64,000 nucleotides of DNA, from positions 27,542-91,541 of the forward strand of contig DXEL01000044.1 of NCBI GenBank assembly GCA_019114965.1, given 5' to 3'. The translations under genes and the position numbers were made by a program. Shown one piece after another: positions 54,786-64,000 of this stretch. Position 1 is the stretch's first letter. Each line of letters starts with the position of its first letter. The notes beneath the pieces are model-generated. The model was not told where the DNA came from. It saw nothing but the letters and a program-made list of their open reading frames with translations, and searched no databases. The stretch is from Candidatus Parabacteroides intestinipullorum (lineage in GTDB: Bacteria > Bacteroidota > Bacteroidia > Bacteroidales > Tannerellaceae).

Positions 54786-57533
54786 TCAGGAGGCTACATA
54801 TTCGGTCGGAGTGACCCCATAGGCCTGTTTGAAGCATTTGGTGAAATAGGCGGGCGAGGTAAAACCGGTTTGATAGGCGACCTCACTGACCGTATAGCGT
54901 TTTTCCCGCAACATGTCGGCGGCTCGTTTCAGCCGGTAATCGCGCAGGAAGTCGGTGGGGGAAACACCTAGAGCCCCTTTTACTTTACGATAAAGGTGCA
55001 CCCTCGAGAGTCCGATCTGCTCGCTGACTTTCTCGATATTGAATTCCGGGTCTTGAAAGGATTCCTCGACCAACTTCATGAATTGGCGCATAAAGGCGGA
55101 ATCGATATTCTCCGTAGGATTCTTTTGTGGCGTCTCCTCCGTGGTGGAAGGCAGGTTGAAATTCTTCATGAATTGTTCCCGTAGCCGCTCTCGTTCTTCC
55201 AACAGCTTGATGACACGCAGTTTGACCTCCTCAATCCGGAAAGGTTTTTGAATGTAGGCATCAGCTCCGCCACCGATACCGTAAAGACGTTGGGTATCGT
55301 CCGAGAGGGCAGTGAGGAGGATGACGGGAATATGACTGAACAGCAGGTCCGACTTCACGCGGCGGCAAAGCTCGAATCCGTTTATCTCTGGCATGAGCAC
55401 ATCGCTCAGCAGGAGGGCGATGTTTTCCACCTCATTCAGTTTCTCGAGGGCTTTAGCGCCATTTTCGGTAGCGATTACCTCAAAGTTCGCTGAGAGTTCG
55501 TTGACCAGGTATTCCCGAATATCGGAATCGTCTTCCGCAATCAGGATAGTATAGGGATAATGTTTTTCCAATGTTTGTCGTATGGTGCTGGTATCAAGTT
55601 TTTCGATGCCGCATGAGTATTCGGAAACATAAGTGTCAAAAACATTGGAGTCGTCGAAATGGCTCTTGCCATTCAGAAGATGAACCGTAAAGATGGTTTG
55701 GACGTTCGGTTTGCTTTCGACCTCAATCCGTCCGTGGTGCATGGCGACAAACTCACTTGCCAGATGCAGGCCGATACCTGTGCCTGAAGCCTGGTGGTCA
55801 CTTTCGGTATAGAAACGTTCGAACACTTTCGACAATTTGTCGGGTGCGATGCCTTTCCCGTTATCAGTGACCGAAAGTAGTGTCTCGTTACCTCGTTCTT
55901 CCAGGGTAATACGAATCTTCCCTCCTTTAGGAGTGAACTTGAAAGCGTTTGAGAGGAGATTGGCCAACACCTTTTCCATCTTATCGGTATCCACCCAAAG
56001 GAGTTTGGACGTGAGTGCCGTCTCAAACGTAAAGTCGATGTGCTTGCCTCGGGCAAGCTGGTCGAAACAGGACTTGACTTCATGAATGAAGGGAACCATA
56101 TCGATTTGACTGATTCTCAAGTCCATCTTATTGTTTTCGATCTTACGGAAATCCAGGAGTTGATTGATGACACGTCTCAATCGTTCGGCATTTTTGCGGA
56201 TGATACGGATATCATCCGCAAAAGCGGAGCCGGGAGGCGCGTCTTGAGCCATCTTGTCAAGCGGTCCTAAGATTAATGTCAGCGGGGTCTTTACCTCGTG
56301 TGAGACATTGGTGAAGAAGCGCAGTTTTTGGGCCGTGACCTGTTCTATGCGATGATTGGCGATGGCCAGTTCCTCTTTTTGCGATTCCACCTGTTTCTTT
56401 TTCTCTCGGAGTTTACGCATGGTTTGCCGGATCTTGCGGTTAATATAAACCATGTAGATCGCTGAGAAGATTAAGGCTAACATCAACGTCAGGATGATTA
56501 CCAATGAGTTTCGCAAAAAATGATATTCTTCGAGCAGTCGGGTGACCCGTCGTTGCTGGTAATCGATTTGTCGTTGGTACTCAACCATCTGGTTCATTTG
56601 AAGGTAGATCGTGCCTGCATTGGTTTGGTCAATCTGTGGAGAAGTGAGCGCATACTCTTTTTGGTAGTTTTCCCCTTCCAGGATGCGGGCGGCCACCTTG
56701 ATGGCAATCCCTCCTCCTGTTGGATAGTAGAATGAGCCGGCCAGGTCGCCTCGGGCTACAGCTTCCAGTCCCAGTCCATCGCCAGGCAAGGCGTCGATAC
56801 CAACGAATTTGATTCGTTTGGCCAGGAGTGAGTCTCGGTGCTCAATCGCTTGCCGGGCAGCGATGGCCATGACGTCGTTATGCGCGAAGACCGCCTCAAT
56901 ATCATCGATTTGCTCCAATTGAGCGATGGCTTCGGTTGTTTTCTTTTCGGACCATCCGCCATCGATCTGTGTCAGGCGGATATTGGGATGGATAGATGTC
57001 GCCTCTACAAACCCATCATGTCGCTCGATAGCCGATGAATAACTCTTGTCGCCCCAGATCTCGAGTATATGGGGAGCTTCCTCATTGCTTAGGAAACTGT
57101 TGATCAACGTACCGGCGGAACGTCCGGTTTCATAATTGTCGGCTCCGATGAAGGCTGAGTAATCCTCAGTGTTGAGCTTACGTTCAAGAATAATGGTCGG
57201 TATACCGGATCGATAGACCTCTGAGGCGACGGTTGAGATAGAATCCTCGTCTTTGGGAGATATGACGATCAGGTCCACCTTCTGCCGGGCCAGTTGCTTG
57301 ATCTGTTTGATTTGTGTTTTTGAGCTTTGGTCCGCATCAAGAATCTGTATGCCAATACTGGGATAGTTGGCCGCCTCGACGTTGATGTCGGTCAGTAGGG
57401 ACTGGCGCCATGCGTCGGTTGTCCCGCATAGGGAAACCCCGACAATATATTTAGGCTTTTCCTCGTTGTCTGAGCAGGCGGACAGGATGAGGAGGAGAAG
57501 CGACAGCAGCGTTATGGGGAGGCTATATCTCAT
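54786..57533 (-). CDS. Hybrid two-component sensor with periplasmic sugar-binding domain (BT1754 fructose sensor-like)
   Basis: PBP domain (FIGADNY, VFAHNDVMA), TM, SHEVKTPLT H-box, NLLSNAFKFT, GTGIGL, REC (AEDD, SDVLMP), AraC HTH. Confidence 0.92.
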   Translation of the reverse strand: MRYSLPITLLSLLLLILSACSDNEEKPKYIVGVSLCGTTDAWRQSLLTDINVEAANYPSIGIQILDADQSSKTQIKQIKQLARQKVDLIVISPKDEDSISTVASEVYRSGIPTIILERKLNTEDYSAFIGADNYETGRSAGTLINSFLSNEEAPHILEIWGDKSYSSAIERHDGFVEATSIHPNIRLTQIDGGWSEKKTTEAIAQLEQIDDIEAVFAHNDVMAIAARQAIEHRDSLLAKRIKFVGIDALPGDGLGLEAVARGDLAGSFYYPTGGGIAIKVAARILEGENYQKEYALTSPQIDQTNAGTIYLQMNQMVEYQRQIDYQQRRVTRLLEEYHFLRNSLVIILTLMLALIFSAIYMVYINRKIRQTMRKLREKKKQVESQKEELAIANHRIEQVTAQKLRFFTNVSHEVKTPLTLILGPLDKMAQDAPPGSAFADDIRIIRKNAERLRRVINQLLDFRKIENNKMDLRISQIDMVPFIHEVKSCFDQLARGKHIDFTFETALTSKLLWVDTDKMEKVLANLLSNAFKFTPKGGKIRITLEERGNETLLSVTDNGKGIAPDKLSKVFERFYTESDHQASGTGIGLHLASEFVAMHHGRIEVESKPNVQTIFTVHLLNGKSHFDDSNVFDTYVSEYSCGIEKLDTSTIRQTLEKHYPYTILIAEDDSDIREYLVNELSANFEVIATENGAKALEKLNEVENIALLLSDVLMPEINGFELCRRVKSDLLFSHIPVILLTALSDDTQRLYGIGGGADAYIQKPFRIEEVKLRVIKLLEERERLREQFMKNFNLPSTTEETPQKNPTENIDSAFMRQFMKLVEESFQDPEFNIEKVSEQIGLSRVHLYRKVKGALGVSPTDFLRDYRLKRAADMLREKRYTVSEVAYQTGFTSPAYFTKCFKQAYGVTPTEYVAS

Positions 57534-57541
57534 TATATAAG

Positions 57542-58369
57542 TTATTTTTGGAATACTTTTGTGGATTTGATGATAATATCGTGTAAGGGCCGATCATTTT
57601 GATCGGTCTTAACGTTGGTCATTTTCTCCACGATATCTAGTCCTTCCACTACCTCGCCGAAAATGGTGACGGAGCCGTCGAGGTGGGGGACACCACCAAT
57701 CGTACGGTAGATTTCACGCCGTTCTTCAGGGATGACGATCGGACCTAACTCCGCCAGCGTATCTTCTAAAAGGATAGAGGCCTGAATATGCAATTCGTCT
57801 TCCTTATCGGGCGAGGACAGGTCGGGGTTTTCTCGCTTGAGCCGATCTCGGAAGCGGAAATAAAGCCAGTTACGGCGGATCTCGTTCAGTCGGGCTTCTC
57901 GCTCGGCGAATTCCTCTTCCTTGAAGATATGGCCCTGTACGAAACAGAATTGTGTTCCTGCTGAGGCACGCTCGGGGTTTTTGGCGTCGATCTCTTTGGC
58001 GTCGATCAGGGCTCCTCGTTTGTTGAAGTAATGTGGCAGGATCTCGGCCGGGACGGTATAACCTCCGTCACCATCACCATAAAGGGCCCCGGGTTCATGG
58101 GCTTTACTGTTCGGATCGCCTCCTTGGGCTACGAACTCTTTGATAACCCGATGGAACAGGACACCTTCGTAGAAATCCGTTTGGCAAAGCTTGATGAAAT
58201 TATCGCGATGAAGTGGGGTGTCGTCGTAAAGACGTACGGTGACATCGCCCATCGTCGTCTCTATTGTGACATAAACTGGCTTGCCCGGCTCCAGCGGCTT
58301 TTGGCCGCAACTGCAGAGAATAAGGCTTATAAAACCTATTATTAAACTGATCGTATGGATGTTTCTCAT
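57542..58369 (-). CDS. Cyclophilin-type peptidyl-prolyl isomerase (lipoprotein, with helical insertion)
   Basis: TPLHRDNF, FHRVIKEFVAQGGDP, GTQF and GGVPHLDGSVTIFGEV motifs; likely start 58369. Confidence 0.9.
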   Translation of the reverse strand: MRNIHTISLIIGFISLILCSCGQKPLEPGKPVYVTIETTMGDVTVRLYDDTPLHRDNFIKLCQTDFYEGVLFHRVIKEFVAQGGDPNSKAHEPGALYGDGDGGYTVPAEILPHYFNKRGALIDAKEIDAKNPERASAGTQFCFVQGHIFKEEEFAEREARLNEIRRNWLYFRFRDRLKRENPDLSSPDKEDELHIQASILLEDTLAELGPIVIPEERREIYRTIGGVPHLDGSVTIFGEVVEGLDIVEKMTNVKTDQNDRPLHDIIIKSTKVFQK

Positions 58370-60222
58370 GATCTTTCTCCTTTCTTTTCCGCCCAGACGA
58401 GCATCTGGCAGTTCTTGCAATCGAACTGAAGTCGCAGGCGTGTCTCTTTATATATAAGGTAATAAGGTTCCCGGTAAGGTGAGTGCCCCTTCTGGTGAAT
58501 GGGGCACCAACCCATGCTGTAACGTAGGCAATGTTTCGTGAACATGAGTGGTGCCTCTAGAGTGGGGGCCAACTCGAAAGCCGGATCGACCTGTTGGATG
58601 CCATGTTCCTCGTAAAACTGCCGTGCCTTGTTGTTGGCCACGTTGCCGAGGTAGGTCAGGCGCGTGATGCCGAATGTCACTCCGGTGCTTTCTTGCTGTT
58701 TTTCCTTCCAACGGACAATCTCTCGCTGGTAACGTATCCGTTTATCCGCCATTAGCCGTTCGACAGCCTCACGGCGCATCTCTGCCAATAGCGACGAGGG
58801 AACGAACCAGTTGTTGTCCATATTGATCTCGATCCGGTCTGCCCGGAAGGGTGTATCGCCCAGACGGGACAGTTGTGTCCGGATATTATCCGCTTGCGGG
58901 CGTCGGGCCATCTCCTTGGTGAAAGGCTTGGCGATGGTGACGCGGGCTCCTGTCTCATCCTCTAGTTCGAGCGTGAAACCGATGGGATACTCGCCGAAGA
59001 AGAGATTCAGTCCCAGTTCCCGTTTGGCGGAGGGCTTGGCCAATTGTCGCTCGAAGGCTTGGTCGAGGTTGCGATAGACAGCGGTTTTGGGCGCGATCGC
59101 TACTCGCTCAAGGGTATAGACCTTGTTCCCTTCCGCCCGGTTGATACGGAATCCCTCCAGCTCGCCACGACTGTTAAAGTAACTCAGACCGTCGCCGTTG
59201 TTCAATGGTTGGGTGGTGGCGATGGTCAGGACGTTGCCTTGTGCTTTCTTGATACGTCCGATTGGCTCACCCAAAGATTTGGGCGTATCGAACGCCGTGA
59301 TATCTTTGTTTCGCCCATCCAGCAAAAAAGGGGTGAATCCGCGGTTGAAGCTTTTTGCCGGGGCCGGGGTAAAAGTATAGGCGCATTGTCCGGCGGAAGC
59401 TTGCCGGTATTCGGGGCGACGGGCGAGAATCTCGTCCAGTTTCTGCCGATACCAGGCGGTGATGTTCTTGACATAAGAGAGCTCTTTCAGTCGGCCCTCG
59501 ATCTTGAGCGACGTTACGCCGGCATCGAGCAATGCCTCCAATCGGTCGCCCCGGTTCATGTCCTTGAGCGAGAGAAGATGCTTGCCTTGGGCGATCTCAC
59601 GTCCGTCGGCATCAGCCAGCGTGTAGGGCAGGCGGCAGTATTGGGCACACTCGCCCCGGTTGGCGCTTCGGCCCGATAAGGCGGCGCTCAGGTAGCATTG
59701 CCCGCTGTAACTGACACAAAGGGCACCGTGTACGAAGACCTCGAGCGGTACATGGGTTGAGGCGGCGACCTGACGAATTTCCTCAAGTGTCAGTTCCCTG
59801 GCCAAGACTACTTGTGAGAAGCCCAGTGCCTCCAGTTGGCGGACCTTTTCTGGCGTCCGGTTGTCCATCTGTGTCGAGGCGTGAAGGGGGATAGGGGGCA
59901 GGTCCATGCGAAGGATGCCCATGTCTTGTACGATGAGGGCGTCGACCCCGGCCCGGTAGAGGGCATGGATCATCCGCTCGGCGTCGGCCAACTCATCATC
60001 CATCAGGATGGTGTTAAGCGTCACGTAGATTCGGGCACCATAGGGATGGGCGTAGTCGCACAGGCGCTGGATATCCTCCAGGCTGTTCCCCGCCGCCGCC
60101 CGGGCGCCAAAACGGGGGGCGCCGATGTAAACGGCGTCGGCGCCATGATTGATGGCCTCCACGCCGCACGTCAGGTCGCGAGCGGGCGCCAGGAGTTCGA
60201 TGGGGCGGCTGTTGTTGCTCAT
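58366..60222 (-). CDS. U32 family protein with DUF3656 (RlhA-like 23S rRNA hydroxylation factor)
   Basis: ELLAPA, GADAVYIG, HGALCVSYSGQC..S..GRSANRGECAQYCR and SLKIEGR motifs; C-terminal FTKHCLR..CP. Confidence 0.9.
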   Translation of the reverse strand: MSNNSRPIELLAPARDLTCGVEAINHGADAVYIGAPRFGARAAAGNSLEDIQRLCDYAHPYGARIYVTLNTILMDDELADAERMIHALYRAGVDALIVQDMGILRMDLPPIPLHASTQMDNRTPEKVRQLEALGFSQVVLARELTLEEIRQVAASTHVPLEVFVHGALCVSYSGQCYLSAALSGRSANRGECAQYCRLPYTLADADGREIAQGKHLLSLKDMNRGDRLEALLDAGVTSLKIEGRLKELSYVKNITAWYRQKLDEILARRPEYRQASAGQCAYTFTPAPAKSFNRGFTPFLLDGRNKDITAFDTPKSLGEPIGRIKKAQGNVLTIATTQPLNNGDGLSYFNSRGELEGFRINRAEGNKVYTLERVAIAPKTAVYRNLDQAFERQLAKPSAKRELGLNLFFGEYPIGFTLELEDETGARVTIAKPFTKEMARRPQADNIRTQLSRLGDTPFRADRIEINMDNNWFVPSSLLAEMRREAVERLMADKRIRYQREIVRWKEKQQESTGVTFGITRLTYLGNVANNKARQFYEEHGIQQVDPAFELAPTLEAPLMFTKHCLRYSMGWCPIHQKGHSPYREPYYLIYKETRLRLQFDCKNCQMLVWAEKKGERS

Positions 60223-61154
60223 TTCAGTTCCGCTAGATGTTGTATCTCCTTGATATCATATGGCGTCTCCTGATAGACGTAATAGTTGAGCCAGTTGGTG
60301 AAGAGCAGGTTCGCGTGGCCCCTCCAGCGAACAACAGGCCCTTGTGCCGGGTCGTCGTTGCGGTAATAGTTGCGCGGCATGGCGATCGGCAGCCCTTTGC
60401 TGAGATCACGCATGTATTCGTCGTTGAGCGTGTAAGGTGAGTACTCGGAGTGGCCAGTGATGAAAAACTCGCGGCCGCCACGGGCCATGACCATGTAAAC
60501 GCCCGACTCCTCGCTCTCGGAGAGGATCGTCAGGGCGGGTACTTTCAATATGTCGTCGCGACGCACCTCGGTATGCCGGCTGTGTGGCACGTAAAACTCA
60601 TCGTCAAATCCTCGGAAGATCGGCGTGAAAGGCTCGCGAAGTATATGGCGGAAAATACCGAACATCTTTGCCGGCAGGTCGTATTTGGGGATGCCATAGA
60701 AGTGATAGAGTCCTGCTTGTGCCGCCCAGCAGATATAGAGTGTTGAGGTCACGTGTGTTCTTGCCCAGTCAAAAATCCCGGTGATCTCATTCCAATAGGA
60801 GACCGCCTCGAAGGGCATCTGCTCGACAGGGGCGCCTGTGACAATCATGCCATCGTAATAGTCGTCGACGATCGAGTCGAAGTCTTTGTAGAACTCGCGC
60901 ATGTGCTCGATGGGCGTATTCTTCGGGGTATGCCCTTTGATCTTGAGGAACTCCAGCTCTACCTGTAGCGGGGTGTTGCTCAGGAGACGCACCAGGTCGG
61001 TTTCTGTCGTGATCTTCAGGGGCATCAGGTTGAGGACGATCACCCGCAGCGGGCGGATGTCTTGCGCCCGGGCGCGGAGGTGGTCCATCACGAAGATGTG
61101 CTCCTTTTTCAGCAACTCGATGGCCGGCAGGTTTTTTTGTAAATTTAATGGCAT
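60219..61154 (-). CDS. metA: Homoserine O-succinyl/acetyltransferase
   Basis: LNLMP.KI.TE, TGAPVE, ICWAAQA, PHSRH and TGHSEY motifs; TATCTTTG -7 element at 61188-61195. Confidence 0.96.
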   Translation of the reverse strand: MPLNLQKNLPAIELLKKEHIFVMDHLRARAQDIRPLRVIVLNLMPLKITTETDLVRLLSNTPLQVELEFLKIKGHTPKNTPIEHMREFYKDFDSIVDDYYDGMIVTGAPVEQMPFEAVSYWNEITGIFDWARTHVTSTLYICWAAQAGLYHFYGIPKYDLPAKMFGIFRHILREPFTPIFRGFDDEFYVPHSRHTEVRRDDILKVPALTILSESEESGVYMVMARGGREFFITGHSEYSPYTLNDEYMRDLSKGLPIAMPRNYYRNDDPAQGPVVRWRGHANLLFTNWLNYYVYQETPYDIKEIQHLAELK

Positions 61155-61263
61155 CTTTTTTCGTCTGTTTTAAGATTGATTGATGCGCAAAGATAATAAA
61201 ATAATCGGTAGGTTTACCCCTGTGACAAGTCTCGTCAAGGCGTATTGTGGATGGATTCGCCCT

Positions 61264-61340
61264 GCGAAAGCCCCAGCGCACTCCGCTGAAGGAAGATTCG
61301 CCCCGCGCAAGCCTCAGCGCACTTCGCTGAGGCTTGCGCG
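61264..61340. repeat. Two hairpin units 41 bp apart; the second is a perfect 15-bp stem
   Basis: GCGAAAGCCCCAGCGCACTCCGCTG (61264) and GCGCAAGCCTCAGCG-CACTT-CGCTGAGGCTTGCGC (61305). Confidence 0.8.
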
Positions 61341-61353
61341 CTAGGGCTTGGCT

Positions 61354-62763
61354 TTAGGATTGGTCCGCGTTGGCCGTATCGTTCTCGCCATAGCCTCCTC
61401 CAAGAGCCTTATAGAGGGAGACAATGGAGAGCAGCTCGTTAAGAACGGCATCGTTGAGTCCGATCTGGGCATCCAGCAGACCACGCTGGGCATCGAGCAC
61501 ATCCATATAACTCGTTACACCGTTGATGTATTGTAGCTGTGCCAGTTCCAGATAGTTGCGGGCCGACGACTCGAGTTTTTCCATGGAGGCGCGAACCTCT
61601 TTTACCTTGCGGACGGTGATAATGGCGTTGTTCACCTCCTTGAAGGCGCCGAGTACGCTCTTTTGGTACTGCAGCACCTCTTGCTCATAACGGGCTTGAG
61701 CCGCTTTCAGGTTGGCCCGGTTCTTGACGAGGCCGACAAGAGGTTGTGTCAATCCTCCGATGATATTCCATGCGCCACTCTTCAGCAGGTTCGATACCTC
61801 ATTGCTCTCGAAGCCCAGATCGCCCGTCAGGGTTATCTTTGGGAACATATTGGCCTTAGCCATGCCGACCCGGGCGTTGGCCGCCTGAAGGGTCAGCTCC
61901 GCCTGGCGCATGTCGGGACGTCGCTCGAGCAGGGTCGAGGGCAGTCCGACCGGCAATGTCTCGGGCAAATGCTGGTTGCCCAGGTCCGCGCCACGAGGAA
62001 TCTCGCCTGTATATTCACCCAACAGCATGGAGAGGTCGCTTTCCTTGATCTTGATCTGTCGCTCAAGGTTCGGGATAAGGGTCTCCGTGCGGGCCATTTC
62101 CACCTGTGCCTGGTTGTAGGCGGTCTCGGGTGTCAATCCACCCTCGTAACGCAGCTTGGCGAGGCGAACGCCCTCACGCCGGGCAGTCAGGGTCTGTTGC
62201 ACGATCGAGAGCTCGCGGTCGAGGGCACGTAACTGATAATAGTTGGTAGCCACTTCGGCGACGATAGTCATTTGGAGGGCACGGACATTCTCCACCGAGG
62301 CGAAATACTCGGCGATAGCCGCCTCGTTGGCCCAGCGCAAGCGGCCCCAAAGGTCGAGCTCCCACGAGTAGACGAGCTTGGCGCCATGCTCAGGGTCTGG
62401 CTTGGGGTCATTACCGCCATAGTTCAGTTGCTCTTTTCCGAAGTAGACATTCGCCTTGACGTCGGGGAAGAGATCTGCGAAAGAGATCCGCCGGGCGGCC
62501 ATCATCTCCTTGAGGCGTGCCGCGGCAATATTCACGTCTTTATTGTTCTCGAGCGCCTTATGGATTAATTGGCGCAGCGTCTCGTCCTCATAGAGGCTTT
62601 CCCAGGGGATGTCGGCTACCGACGAGCTGTCGCCTTCGGTTGTCGCCTCGATCCGGTCGGGCAGGTTCAGCTCGGGGCGTGCGTAGCGTTTGCCTACCTT
62701 ACAGGAGGCGAGCAGGCAGAGCGCCGCCGAGATGATCGCGATATGTTGAAGTTGTCTGTTCAT
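61354..62763 (-). CDS. NodT/OprM-type RND outer-membrane lipoprotein
   Basis: Lipobox LASC; ALENNKD, SWELDLWG and LLERRPD motifs; SYMDVLDAQR; LYKALGGG. Confidence 0.95.
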   Translation of the reverse strand: MNRQLQHIAIISAALCLLASCKVGKRYARPELNLPDRIEATTEGDSSSVADIPWESLYEDETLRQLIHKALENNKDVNIAAARLKEMMAARRISFADLFPDVKANVYFGKEQLNYGGNDPKPDPEHGAKLVYSWELDLWGRLRWANEAAIAEYFASVENVRALQMTIVAEVATNYYQLRALDRELSIVQQTLTARREGVRLAKLRYEGGLTPETAYNQAQVEMARTETLIPNLERQIKIKESDLSMLLGEYTGEIPRGADLGNQHLPETLPVGLPSTLLERRPDMRQAELTLQAANARVGMAKANMFPKITLTGDLGFESNEVSNLLKSGAWNIIGGLTQPLVGLVKNRANLKAAQARYEQEVLQYQKSVLGAFKEVNNAIITVRKVKEVRASMEKLESSARNYLELAQLQYINGVTSYMDVLDAQRGLLDAQIGLNDAVLNELLSIVSLYKALGGGYGENDTANADQS

Positions 62764-62767
62764 TTTG

Positions 62768-64000
62768 TTATGATCTATGCTCCGTTAAACGTTTCTTGAC
62801 TTTCGAGAGGATAACCGCTTTCTTCTCCTCCAGTTTCTCTTCGAGGGTCACCGGGATTCGTGCCTTACCCTTTACCTTATATATAAGGACAAAGAAGAAA
62901 GGAACCATGACGATACCGATCGTGATGGCCACCAACATACCGAAGAAGACACCGGTTCCGATGCTGTGGCGTGATGCCGATCCGGGTCCGGAAGCGAGTA
63001 CCAGCGGCAGCATACCCAACACGAAGGCCAACGAGGTCATCAAGATGGGGCGGAAACGCAATTGCGCCGCGTGGATAGCCGCTCTTGTCACCTCTATACC
63101 GTTGTCCACCTGGATCTTGGCGAACTCTACGATAAGGATGGCGTTCTTGGCCGCCAATCCGATCAGGGTCACAAGACCGATCTGGAAGTAGACATCGTTC
63201 TCCAGACCTGTCGCCCAGATGCCGAGGTATGCGCCCAGCGCTGCGATCGGCAAGGAGAGGAGGACGGCGATCGGCACGATCCAGCTCTCATATTGGGCTG
63301 CCAGGAAGAGGAAGACGAAGAGGAACACCAGGAAGAGGACGAACCCGGTCTGTCCGCCGGCCTGCTTCTCCTGGTAGGAGAGTCCGCTCCATTCCAGGCC
63401 AATGTTATCGGGCAGGTGCTCTTGGGCGATTCGCTCCATCGCCGCCATTGCCTCACCGGTACTGTAACCCTGTGCGGCTACCGCGTTGATCGAGGCGGTC
63501 GAGAACATATTGAAACGTTTGATCGTACCTGGACCGGTTGTGTATTGCACCTCACCCAGTGCTGTCAATGGAACCATCGCCCCATTCTTGGCACGGACGA
63601 AGAACAGATCCAGGTTGTCTTTTGTCCCACGATACGAGGCATCCGCCTGGATATAGACACGGTAGATACGGTTGAACATATTGAAGTCGTTCACGTAGAC
63701 CGATCCGAGGTAAGCCTTCATGGTCGCGAAGATGTCCGACAAGGGGATACCCAGGAACTTGGCGTTATCACGCTTTACGTCGAAGTAAAGCTGCGGAATC
63801 TCGCTTTGCAAGGCGGATGAGACACCCTCCAGCTCCGGCGCTTGTGAGGCATAATAGAGGAAGGTATCGGTTGCGGCGATCAGGTTTTCCCATGTCGCAT
63901 CGCCACGTGCCTCCAATTGCATCTCAAGGCCACCGCTTTCACCCAAACCAGGGATTACAGGCGGGCGGGTTACATAAGCTTTCGCCTCGGGGTAATAGTA
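62768..64000 (-). CDS. RND efflux permease (AcrB/HAE1), C-terminal part; runs off the window end
   Basis: Open frame continues to 64000 (YYYPEAKAYVTRPPVIPGLGES...); AQYESW..P, IGLAAKNAILIVEFA and RFRPILMTS motifs. Confidence 0.93.
   Translation of the reverse strand, partial: YYYPEAKAYVTRPPVIPGLGESGGLEMQLEARGDATWENLIAATDTFLYYASQAPELEGVSSALQSEIPQLYFDVKRDNAKFLGIPLSDIFATMKAYLGSVYVNDFNMFNRIYRVYIQADASYRGTKDNLDLFFVRAKNGAMVPLTALGEVQYTTGPGTIKRFNMFSTASINAVAAQGYSTGEAMAAMERIAQEHLPDNIGLEWSGLSYQEKQAGGQTGFVLFLVFLFVFLFLAAQYESWIVPIAVLLSLPIAALGAYLGIWATGLENDVYFQIGLVTLIGLAAKNAILIVEFAKIQVDNGIEVTRAAIHAAQLRFRPILMTSLAFVLGMLPLVLASGPGSASRHSIGTGVFFGMLVAITIGIVMVPFFFVLIYKVKGKARIPVTLEEKLEEKKAVILSKVKKRLTEHRS

Noticed and set aside
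61155-61350. SAM riboswitch upstream of metA
   Set aside because: The -7 element is only about 34 bp from the start codon, leaving no room, and I see no SAM-I/II consensus.
1-64000. rRNA, tRNA, prophage, IS, retron or other defence RT systems
   Set aside because: No cloverleaf or rRNA-like segments, and no integrase, transposase, RT, Cas or phage structural motifs in any ORF.

Overview
A 64-kb chromosomal segment from a Bacteroidales bacterium, most likely Parabacteroides/Tannerellaceae-like (inferred from gene content and the TAnnTTTG-type promoters). It is mostly core and nutrient-acquisition genes: 3' end of tsaD, cinA/pncC, aroE, menG/ubiE, purC, phoH, ilvA, dcu, rpmE2, fba, ltaE, metA, an RlhA-like U32 protein and a cyclophilin; two RND efflux operons; one TonB-dependent receptor; two SusC/SusD pairs; a GH2; a GH33 sialidase; and a fructose-type hybrid two-component sensor with a PfkB kinase. 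I see no rRNA, tRNA, CRISPR-Cas, integrase, transposase or reverse transcriptase. The most unusual content is non-coding. About a dozen intergenic palindromic arrays have unrelated core sequences but periods of 22-23 or 41-44 bp (about 2 or 4 helical turns), and one sits against an HU-like DNA-binding gene. A hotspot at 35.3-36.8 kb holds a probable class IIC group II intron 5' remnant after a terminator, REP-like hairpins and a VapBC-type pair. A nitrilase gene is reduced to three out-of-frame islands by two apparent internal deletions. Protein calls come from motif recognition and recollection of the families, not from database searches.
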